A DNA stretch of 64,000 nt from the NCBI GenBank assembly GCA_015680685.1, contig MNCI01001065.1, positions 683,728 to 747,727 on the forward strand, read 5' to 3'. The stretch comes from Gnetum montanum. Its lineage: Eukaryota > Plantae > Gnetophyta. The notes under the pieces are model-generated. The model saw nothing but the letters and a program-made list of their open reading frames with translations, was not told the origin of the DNA and did not search any database. Below are positions 53,103 to 64,000 of the stretch, in pieces (positions within the stretch are counted from its first letter, which is position 1; each line of letters opens with the position of its first letter). The position numbers were made by a program, and so were the translations under genes.

Positions 53103-56100
53103 TCACTCGTATATGCATTTTACATTTAAATCAGCATTTTCCAGCTCTTGCCATCTTTGAATAAGGCGTGGACAGTTGTCGATGTAAAGGAATTGGAGTG
53201 ACTTCATGTTTGTAAGCACGTCCATCCAATTTGGCTCCAACTCAGAGCAATCATTCAGATCTAATATTTGTAGAGATGGAAGAGAGTGAAATGTTGCACC
53301 TAACCTCTTTAGATTTCTGCAGCCCCACAAGGACAGAAACTTAAGAGACACCAATCTCCCGATGTTTCCTGGAAGCTCTTCCAGGCTCTCACACATGGAA
53401 AGATTCAGTGACTGTAACAACGAAAGGTTCTCCAAGCCCAAAGGCAGTCGTACAACTTTCCTGCACCCTCCGACTGTTAATCTTTTCAATAAAACACACC
53501 CGCCAATACTCTCCGGAACTTCTCTTAATGCAATGTTACGGATTGATAAAATCTGGAGATGCGGGAGGGTATGGAGTTCATCAGGCAGCTGCACCAATTG
53601 CTCAGCGTTCCGCAAGGATAACTTTACCAAGGACTTCATATGTGATATGAGTCCTGCTGATATTTCTCTCAAATATTCTCCTCCTAAAACTAAGTACTCT
53701 ACATTTAACATCTGGGATACAGGCTCAACAATAACCAGCTTGTCGCTATCTGTTATTATGGACTCGTGTTCAAAGAGGAGGCGTAAATCCTTCAAGTTGG
53801 ATGGCAACTATGTATGTGCAGCAATTAAACAGCAGCAGCGTCAGTTAACATATATTTGAACTTTATACATGCTTAAATATTTCCAGAAACTTTGCTACGT
53901 AAATATTTGAAAGTTTGACCTGGTGTAAAAGCACGGTGCTGGTGGGCGCGTACATCAGGGTCCTCAGCTCTGGGCATTGCTTCCCATAAACAAGCGGTGG
54001 CTGCGATTTTGATGTCCCTGAATGCCAACAAAGAAGGTTGGGAAAAGCTTCCTTGCATTCACCTTCAATTTCAATGACAGTGTACCGATTATTATTTGTA
54101 GCATAATCCAGGGATAGAATTCGGAGGGAGGCGGACATGACGTCGAGCTTGTGAGATGGCAGGATCAGCTTTTCTCTGTCTTCCACCTTCTCTTGCAAAT
54201 AAATGCCTTTAATGTTGCGCAAATTCTGCAGCAGCAGCTTCAATTACGGCTATGGCTGTTACCCCACGAATACAATTTAATATTAAAGAAACGAAAAAGC
54301 AGATGATTGAAATTACATGAGAATCAGTCGACTCGAGCATAGATCGGAATTGCGAGACAGTGGCGATCCTGCTGGATTGCCCAATTCTTCGGCCCATTTC
54401 TAAGACCACGTCATGGACTTTTGCTTTTGCGTCAAAATCGTTATGTATCATCACTCCCGCGGTGTACTCCAGAGGCACTTTCTTTACGAGGGCCCTCCTT
54501 CGCAACACCTCCATGGTATGCTTTCCAAACGTGCGCTCCAGAAAACGCCAACCCCAAGGAGAAGAGGAAAAGCCGAAAGAGAAAGCGCACATGTCGAGAA
54601 AAGCATCTCGGCAGCATTGCTGCAGGCTATCAAATGCAAAAGAGAAGAATTCGATGCTCTGCCCACCAAAATGTTGCCCATCATCGTACCTGCGCTCGTC
54701 CCGAATCGCATTAAGAGCTTCTGCAACGTTATTCTCGTATCTTAAGTATCTTCCCACCATGGCTATAAGCAAAGGCATGCCTCTGCAGATGCTGAGCAAA
54801 TATTGCAAATCGTGCTGACTAATTTGCTCTACCACATCGCTACCCATTTGTTTCTTCAACAATGTCTCTGCATCTTTCTCCTCCAGCGACTCCACGCTGA
54901 AGAATTTCACGTCATTTCGATTTTTAACATCAACACCGTTGCGCACAGTTGCGTCTCGAGCAGTTAGAAGCAGCCTCAGCTTTCTTGAGCGGTCCAGGTC
55001 AGATGGTAGCAGTTTGCCAAGTTCAATCCCGTCCAGGACGTTGTCGATATAAACAAAACATGGCTCCTTCTCAAAGTATTTAAGCAGAAGATTTTGACCA
55101 TCTGAGCTTGTGGATGGCTCCTCCGTTACCTGGTTTTCTGAGATTGCAGCTAAAATTTTTCGCTGTACCGCCATGGTATTGGGTTTACTTCCGGTGTTTT
55201 CGTAAAGGGCCGCCTTGGAGAATTTAAATCCTAATGCATCGTCTACCCTTGCATAGACAGCTTCAGCAAGTGTACTCTTCCCTATTCCTCCCAAGCCATG
55301 AAGAATAACAACCAGTACTTTCTTTGGACTTTCTAGTTCTAGCATTTCTACAATGCTTGTCAACGTTTCTGATTGGATCACTGAAAAATAAGGAGAATGC
55401 TTTTAGGCGAAACTACTTACTAGTAGAGAATTTCTTCACAAGGAATAACATCAGTGTTTAATATTTACGTAAAAAATAGAGTTTCCATAACTTGCCTGCA
55501 TGGTGAGGGTAAAACTCCATTCTTGGCAATTGGAGAGGTTGATTGCTATCGTATACTCTGAGAATAACGTGCAACATCAGGTGTCTGTGAGTCTTCTCAA
55601 GACGGCTTCGAATATCTTCCAACTGCCTCTTCTCTACATTTGCTCCAAAGAATCTGCAAAACCTTAAAATGTTAAGACACTACAACATCCAACTGGTTCG
55701 TTACAATCTAAAATAGGAATTAAAAAATTGAAAAAAAAAATATAATGTCACTCACTTGTACCACCAGGAAGATTTGGCTTGGCAGAGGCACACAACCGCT
55801 CCTTCAACCACCAATTGGAGGGCCTCTTCCATTAAACTTGCAATATGTTTTTTCAACGTGCGTCTTTCCTTCAGAATCTGAAGGTATTCTGCCAATCGAT
55901 ACATCTCATCTAACACATCTAGACATTCTGCATTGTTTGCGGATACCATTTCAAATCTTTCGAGAACAAAAGCAACCGCGAGCAAGCCGGCAGCAACCCA
56001 ATGGGCCTTTCCAATCCCATTTAGCACTATTTTCGCGACATCCATCACGGTAGCACTTTGCTCGTTGGATATCTGTGCGTAACTTAATTGTTAGCGGTTC

Positions 56101-59100
56101 AAATTTTTTTTTAAATAAAATTGGTTTTGCTTTTAGGATGGAAAAGGTATTGTTACTTTATCTGGATTTTAGTAAACAGGTGAAAAAAATGTGATATATA
56201 ATATAAGATCTCTGATTCCAAATTTAAAATCTTTAATAATTTTGATTTAAGAATTGAAATGAAATCACGATATAACATGATTATTTTATTTTTAAATATT
56301 TAATAATTCATTCCAAATTCCTAAAAGGTAATTTGACTGGCACAGGTACCCGTCATTGATTTTGCCAGTTTGTCAAACTGATCAAACTCTAATCCAAATT
56401 CAAAGGAAGGATTATCTTAAGAAAATGATCAATGTACCATCTATAGCTTTGCTGTTTTTAAAGCTTTTTATTTTTAAATCAGTTGCAATTGATTTGTAGT
56501 TTCAGGAAAATATTTTTAACTAAAAAAATCAATAAAAAAAAGTTTCAAAGAAGCAAAAAATAGTAAAATAAGGATATTGTAAACATAATTGAACTTGCAA
56601 CTTCTTACATAGCAATTATCTTGTAAGTAAACTTATAAAGTTGTAGAAAAGCAAAGCTAATAGAAGGACTCATAGAAAATCTAAGTTAGTAGGCAACAAG
56701 GAATTATAGACAAATTTCATAGGAGGAATTCTAAAAATGGTGTAGTTTAATAGATCCAAAAGGGTATCAATGAATATAAGTGAAAATTTGATTTTAGTAA
56801 TAACATTTAAAAATTATTAATACATGTTTAATAAAGAAAAAAATAATTAAATATCTAAAATTCAATCATTTTATATCTTTTATGTAAATCTATAAGCTCC
56901 TATTTTAAAACAAAGCTTGACTACATAGTGTAAAGGTGTTAAAAAAAAGTATATATCATAAATTCATAATACAACCAACAATTGGGATGCACATGCAACT
57001 GTTTAAAAAACACAAATATGATTCTCATAACTTTCTTAGTGATCAGCAAGAACATCTTGTAAGAATAATATGGAAAAATATATAACAAATATATAATATA
57101 CTTAGTATTGCAAAATTTCTCATTTTACCATAAAAATTAAACAAAAAAGTGCATCAACCCATCAAATTCGCACCCTATTATATCATTCTGCTTCAAAACA
57201 TATCTTGCAAGGCATCTATTACTCTAATCTCTCTGGGATTATTAAAAAAAAATATTAAAGCAAAATCATAAGATAGACAAGATGGACCTGAATGATAAGG
57301 CCCCACAAACGAGTTGTATCTAAGCTTTTAGAGAGAATAGCTATTTGAATATAGTAACAATATTAGGTAAATTTGAACTTTACAGAAGAGAAAATACTCA
57401 AAAGAGTGCTTGCAGCGTCGGCAGATTCAGAAAACATATCCTTGAATTTTACAAGATCCGTTGTATTCACAAATTTCCACTCTTTCTGCTGAGGTTTAGA
57501 ATCCTTATTGGAAGATGAAGAGTGTGATTCCTATTACCAAATCATGCATTGTGCAAACTTTGTTATTTGTAAAATATTACTAGCTCCAAAATAACATAAC
57601 AACAAGGGAAAACAACTTGCTAAATGGAATGAAAGAGAAACAAGGGAGATAAATAGGAAAGCAACTTTGCAACTTTTAAAACATTTCAAAACTACCAGGA
57701 TACTCAAAGATGTTTACAAAGACGACAACTGGGTTGCTTCCACAGCAACCTTTACACAAGACAACACATACTCTCTCAACTGACTGACCATAACCAACCC
57801 AAGATGGATTTAAATAGACGAGAGTTAAAAGAATGGAAACAACCAATAATTAACTCAAACAAATTTTCACTTTTCTTTTACAAGAGGTTTTAGAAATCTT
57901 AACTCTTTTTTAGAAAATTCTAAAACTAACAAAAGGTAGAAGAGAAAAGTGAAGTTCAACACAGGTTAACTACAAGTTGTCTTTGTATTTGTAACAATCT
58001 CCCACTTAAAAAGACAAATCACTCAGAAAAATAAACTAGAAAAACTTCATCAATCAATATGCTTTCCACAATATGCAAAAAAATCACAGGTATGCACACA
58101 ACCATTGGAAGAGCATCTCTGCATGAAGCATCCTGACCAAGCTTTCTTTAAGCCAAAACAACATGAGATAGCATTATATTAGCATTACCAAATACTATCC
58201 CAAAAAACTATAACACAAAACAAAAAAGACGTGGAGCTTAGACTCTTAACATAATAATAAGATGTCTCTTCAATAGCAACAAATCCAAAAGACAACATCA
58301 TCACATCTCAAACATAGCAATCCCTTTTTCACATGTCCAATACAGTGACAACATCATGGTCTCTTTTCTTTTTCATCTGTTTCATTACAAAAACAAAACA
58401 TCTTGACTATCTTGTACACATAAACAAAAAATAATCTGCACTGAAACAGAAAGACAATGTGCAAATAATCCAAACCAACTTATAAAAAAAATAATCTATA
58501 AAAACATAATCTGCACTCAAACAAAAAGACAATCAGCAAATAATCCAAACCACCCTATATAACCTTTTGTGCTCCACCAATGACCAGCATTGCACAACTT
58601 AACATCATTCAGCCTCGCTCCAATATCACTTGTTACCAAATTATGCATTGTGCAAACATTGTTATTCGTAAATATTACTGGCACAAACAACGTAACAACA
58701 AGGGAAAACAACTTACAAATTGGAGTGAGAGAGAAATAAGGAGATAAACAACAAAGCAACTTTGCAACTTTTATAACATCTTCAAAACTACAGAGATACC
58801 CAAAGATGTTTACAAAGACCACAGGTTAGTTGCTTCCACACAGCAACTCTTACACAAGAGATGTTTACAAAGACCACAAGTTAGTTGCTTTCACACAGCA
58901 ACCCTGAACTGAGACCACATATTCTCAATTCACTGACCATAACCAAACCAAAGTTCAAAGAATGGAAACAACCAATAATTAACTCAGAAAGATCTTTACT
59001 TTTCTTTTACAAGAAGTTTTAGAAATCTTAACTCTTATTTGAAAAATCCTAGAACTAACAAACTGTAGAAGAAGAAACTGTAGAAGAGGAAAGTAAAGTT

Positions 59101-59593
59101 CAACTAACTACAAATTTTGCCTTCATACCTCTAACAATTCCTACATTAATCCAAATGAAAGAAAAACAAAAATCTCCTCAACAAAACAATTATGCAAGGC
59201 ATTGCCAATTGTAAAACAGCAGGAGAAGTAAAATCGTAAACAGACCTTGGCATAATCCAGAAGAATTCGAGTGTAACTGATCAGGGCGCTTAAATCTCCA
59301 TCCACACCAGATTTTGAAATATCAAGGATGTTTTGACCTGCTTCATCGGCAACAACAGATGCAGAAGTTGAAGCTTGCTCTGTACTTGTATCAATGACAG
59401 CAGGGGACGTAGGAGCTGGCCCTGTTTCTGCACTTGTTTCAGTGGACGCAGAAGCTTGCCCTGCTTCTGTCCCTGCTTCAGAAGCAGAAGTAGGAGGCCA
59501 TGCCATGGCAGGATCGGTTAGGGTTTGCTGAGCTGCAACATGGCGACTGTTGAAACACCGGCAACAATCACAGATCGACCTTGCATTACCCAT
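53103..59593 (-). CDS. NLR (NB-ARC-LRR) immune receptor, ~1014 aa; exons 59593-59246, 57530-57384, 56072-55756, 55653-55496, 55380-54317, 54225-53920, 53807-53103
   Basis: P-loop GLGGIGKS, kinase-2 FVYIDNV, RNBS-B LLLTARD, GLPL-like CRGMPL, MHD-like VHD and LxxLxLxxC LRRs. All junctions are phase-consistent with no internal stops. The last five exons are secure; joining the first two is inferred. Confidence 0.85.
57532..59136 (-). mobile_element. Small non-autonomous copia-like LTR element (1.6 kb) in NLR intron 1
   Basis: LTRs at 59136-58631 and 57996-57532 (TGTTA...TAA(C/T)A); decayed Met-type PBS TGATATTGGAGC; PPT AAGTGGGAGAT at 58007-57997; perfect TSD ATTCC (57527-57531 and 59137-59141). 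Confidence 0.88.
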
Positions 59594-59728
59594 TAGGTAA
59601 CAAAGCTTTGAACAAGGGCGAAGATGATATTATCAGAGGGGCAAAGAGGCAAGAGGAAGATCCAGAACTCCCGTATATGCAGAAATGGAACATTAATGTT
59701 TCAATACATAAACACCCTGACTGAGAAT

Positions 59729-59884
59729 CCAAGGACAGCCAGAAAGCGTCAGTCAAGAAGTTCAGAACAACTTGCAGAGCAATACTTCAAAAGTTTATTC
59801 CTAAGGACAGACAGAAAGCGTCAGTCAAGGAAGCTGCTGGGAAGTTCAGAACAACGTGCAGAGCAATACTTCAAAAGTTTATTC
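59729..59884. promoter_or_regulatory. Tandemly duplicated ~72-84 bp block upstream of the NLR; each copy has an overlapping W-box and TGACG
   Basis: CGTCAGTCAA (TTGACTGACG on minus) at 59747-59756 and 59819-59828. Confidence 0.55.
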
Positions 59885-61339
59885 TTTTAAATTGCAAGTG
59901 GGAAAACTTTATCGGAAGAAATCCCTTATCCCTCGGTCTTGGAAAAAAAAAGATTCCATCCCGACCCATTAATTTTGTTTTAATTGCAAAAGATAAAGCA
60001 GCGATAATGAAATAGGCATTGCTTAATACAAACTTTTGACTTTGGCTTTCACCTTGGCTTCTTTTAGAATTTTTGGTAAGCTTCTAGATATATGCCTTGT
60101 CTTATATGTTTCCAACAGACTTGAGACAAGAACACATTGTGTTAAATACAAGATGGTAGGTTGCCGAGAAAGCAGTTTATTTTGCGTGGGATCATCTATG
60201 ACGTGATTTCAACTTTTGCCAAACAGATTTTCGCATGGCGCCGCTGGTTATTGTTCAAGGCAAAGGCCATCGGGATGGAGGATTTTCTTAAGCTGGCGCT
60301 GCTATTGCTTAACGCAAAGGCATCTGCCGAAGCCTGCGTGACTTGGAGCACATTGCTGCACTTTTACCTACAGATTTTTAATGGATTTCTAATTTTCTAC
60401 TTTGATTAGTTTGGGGAATAATGAGGAAACTTTATGGATTTTTAATTCCTTGATTAATTTTTGGATTATTGATGGAATGGCTAAATCATACTGATTTGAT
60501 TGGACTTAATTAAAACAGTAACAAACTTAGTTAATTAATAAATTAAGGTCATGTTCATGTTTAAAATGTGCCTTAGGTGTGCCATTGTCTTAAATAGGAT
60601 TGTAAAACCATTAATTTTAATCTAAAATGTGCCTTAAGTGTACAATTATCTTGAATAGGATTGTAAAACTATTAATTTTAAAGAATGTTAAAATATGCTC
60701 TAATTTAACCATGCTTTCCTTGCTAACTACACAAAGACATGATTGAGGAAGGTGCACCAAGCTTTTTGATGAAATAAAGATTACTAAGATGATGCTTACT
60801 GTTCTATGTATTCTAAGTATTCTATTAACTTATGGGTAGTTAGGGCTTGTTTATCAACACAAGTATCTACGTAGTTGTGTAAATAAAAAGTGTCCCTTGA
60901 AGTCTAATATCTTTTTGAACATGCCTCTAATTAATATGTATTCTAAATGTGGCTATTTGTCTAGTTTTCTAAAGCTTGGATTCCTTGAATGCTTTGATTT
61001 CTAAGTACTATCATGAAGCATTTTTATTATTTGAAGGCATACAGAAAGTTGGCTTAGAGTCAGACTTCGTCATTGCAACTAGCTTGGTACTTACTTACCT
61101 TGTTGTAATTAAGAATGGTATGGTATCATATATTTGTTGATGCATAAATTTTGGTCATGCCAACACCTGAAAAACTCGTTTGAGGAGACTATTGCCTAGG
61201 GCGCCTCCAGTATGGGTACGGAAACCCGGGAATAGTCTCAGCTGGAGAGAGCCATGTGACCAAGTGATAGAGAGAAAGAGAGAAAACATAAAGAGAAATA
61301 AAGCATGAAAAGAAAAACTAAAGGAGAGAGAAACATGAA

Positions 61340-61780
61340 CCATCGACAGGATGCATGGTTGTGTTGCCGCAAGAATCATGTGTAGCTGCAATCAAACATC
61401 ACCAATGCCCTGTGAACCGCCAACTGCATAAATATAAATCCACCACCACCACATGCCATTTGCTGAAATAAAAGTAGATGAAGAGAAGATCCATCGACAA
61501 GATGCATGGTTATGTTGCTGCAAAAATCATGTGTAGTTGCGATGAAACATCACCAATACCCTGCGAACCGCCAACTGCATAAATATAAATCCACCACCAC
61601 CACATGCCATTTGCTGAAATAAAAGAAGATGAAGAGAAGATCCATCGACAGGATGCATGGTTATGTTTCCACAAAAATCATGTGTAGCTGCGATCAAACA
61701 TCACCAATGCCTTGCGAACCGCCAACTGAATAAATATAAATCCACCACCACCACTTGCCATTTGCTGAAATAAAAGAAGA
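61340..61780. repeat. 151-bp tandem repeat, about 3 copies
   Basis: CCATCGAC unit starts at 61340, 61491 and 61642. Confidence 0.92.
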
Positions 61781-61805
61781 TAGAAAGAACCACATGCCAT
61801 CTGCT

Positions 61806-61938
61806 AAAAATAAAGAAAATCTGCCGACGTCCAACCGCCCAAATTGCTCAGAAAATAAAAGAAAATCTGCTGACGTCCAACTGCCCAAATTGCTCAGAAA
61901 ATAAAAGAAAATCTACCGACATCCAACCACCCAAATTG
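61806..61938. repeat. 46-bp tandem repeat, about 3 copies
   Basis: GAAAATCT..GAC.TCCAAC at 61815, 61861 and 61907. Confidence 0.88.
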
Positions 61939-62750
61939 CCCATTACTGGAATAAAAGAAAGAAAGAGAAACCATTGGCAACCACCCAGGGAGAGAGGAGG
62001 TTTACTCCATGGCTTCATGGCCCTGGCCTCATTGGGCTAGGGCTTCCTGGCCTGACTTCTCCTCTCCCTCCCCTTCACAACTCCATCACCTTGATGGCTT
62101 TTTATAGCCAATTTTAGGGTTAGGGTAACCCATCTTTTTTTTTATTTTTTACTTTTTTTATTTTTATTCTTCTTTTTTTTTTTAAAAAAATAAATAAACA
62201 AAGGCCCCATGCCCAAGCAAGCATGGGCATGTTGGTATCAACAATATCCTTTTGCAAAATTCTTTTGTAGTTATGTAAGCTATATTTGCAGACTTGATGT
62301 CTATGTAGTATTAGTAAGAAAGATTTGGTAATGATGAAAATGAACACTCAGTTAAGACACTAGATCTTTTTCATAAAATGATAAGTGTGAATGTATCTCT
62401 AGATCAGGTAACCATGTTGAATGTCCTTGAAAAATATGCCCATTCTTTAAAATCAAATGAATCTGAATTTTTTACATGATTTCAATACTAGAAACAACAG
62501 CACTCTTAGATATGTATGTGAATCATAAAAGAATAGAAAAGGCACTCAATTTATTCTCCAAAATGACTAATAAACTTTAGTTTCTTGGAATGTTAGATAT
62601 GTCCAAAGTGACCTTGTATTGAAGGCTTTAGTTATGTTTCAATGCATGCAGTTAAAACATTTTCCACTAGAATATATTACTATGGCAAGCCTTGCTTCTA
62701 CTTGTTCTTTGATGGGATTTCTTCAACAAGGTAACTCAATCCATGGTATG

Positions 62751-63578
62751 TGATGAATTGTATTTTACATGAGCTCCAATATTACATACACGATATCGGG
62801 TACGCAATATCACATGGTATTCCCAGGCCTATAAATACAGCCTTTGGGCACATGATTCAAGAGTAGTTTTTGAAGTCAAGTAAGAAAATTCTTACAGTTT
62901 GTTCATTTGAGAGTTAGAATATTTTCCAAGTGCCCACAACAAGAGGTCTAAGTGTAATCCGATATTTATTCAAGCATTGATGTACTTGAACACACCATTG
63001 TGTTGGCAATAAAGACGAGCTCTTTGATTCATCCTTGTAGCACTTGAGACTTTCTTTCTTTATGCATTTATACATTGTGATTCCATGTAGTTCACATTTA
63101 ACATTATTCATTCAGAAAATAAATTTGATTAATTAAGCAATTAATTAAAATACACAAGCATGGCCCCTTCGAACATATGTGTGACACATGTGACACTTGG
63201 TAGCTTAGAAATGATTAGTGTTTGACAACCCAGCAGTGTTTACATGAAGTTCAAGATGTGTTCGGGATGTAGGGACGATTACTTGTGGTAGGTTAGATTA
63301 GACAATAGTTCTCTTAGCATTTAATTACTCTCACTTTCATTATTGTTTTAGGCAATCAAATTGATAAAACATAAAATAATAAAAATCTTATGCATTAGTC
63401 ACACTTAACCATACACTTGCATTTCACAAGTGGGACTGGGAAGACAATGAATGGACAACATGAACTCACTGTTTAGCTCTAGCGTACTTGGTAATTAAAG
63501 TCTGTGGAATTAGACCAGATTGCACATGAACACCTATGATTCATATGGTTGGGCATAGGGTAACCTCGTCGCTCATTA
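62751..63578 (+). mobile_element. Solo LTR of the Athila-like family (828 bp)
   Basis: TGATGA...TCATTA termini; perfect TSD GTATG (62746-62750 and 63579-63583); TATAAATA; 3' half resembles the reverse complement of the 12072 and 41019 LTRs. Confidence 0.9.
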
Positions 63579-64000
63579 GTATGCATTGAGAAGAGATTAT
63601 GTATTGCATGTTTCTTTTATAAATTCTCTTATACCCATGTACTCAAAATGTGGACAAATGAAAAGTGTGTTACCACATGTTGAAAGAATTACAAAAATGT
63701 TGTAACATGGAGCATGATATAGTGTACATGGGGATGGAGAGTGATTTTAAATATTTTTTCCAAAGTGCATCAAGAAGATGTGAAACCAAACAAAGTTACA
63801 TTCTTAAGTTTACCATTTCCTTGTAATCATGTAGGGCTAGTGGAGAAAGGTAAGTAATACTTGAATTCAAAGTGGTAGTTAGATTTGTCTTAGTTTTTTC
63901 TTTAATTTTCTTGATAACTAAAATACCACAAATGAATTGATTTCAATTAAATTTCTACAAATAAACTAATTTCATTGGTAATAGAGACATTATCGAAGTA

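Noticed and set aside
53362-54818. Plus-strand ORFs of 165 and 152 aa
   Set aside because: Antisense shadows of the NLR LRR and NB-ARC exons.
57100-57319. Possible extra NLR exons (57319-57288 and downstream)
   Set aside because: Splice-like sites exist, but including them breaks phase or meets stops, whereas exon 2 joins the 56072 exon cleanly.

Overview
AT-rich land-plant nuclear DNA, probably from a non-flowering or gymnosperm lineage (inferred from the NLR type and retroelement lineages; the species cannot be determined). 1-45.5 kb is a nest of decayed Ty3/gypsy LTR retrotransposons. It holds a head-to-tail Athila-like pair (254-10418), a solo LTR with TSD, and a minus-strand Athila-like element (12072-~41877) whose env-like extra ORF is split by a 16.8-kb Tat/Ogre-type element (14446-31243; RT-RH-aRH-INT; tRNA-Asn PBS). 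That Tat element carries a multi-exon antisense gene between its protease and RT. 45.5-52.7 kb is a decayed hAT transposase interrupted by a GC-rich L1-clade LINE. 53.1-59.6 kb is an apparently intact 7-exon NLR gene on the minus strand. A small copia-like element sits exactly on one of its 3' splice sites and recreates an AG acceptor. The window ends with tandem repeats and a second solo LTR. Coordinates and translations were read by hand; family assignments rest on recognisable motifs, not database searches.
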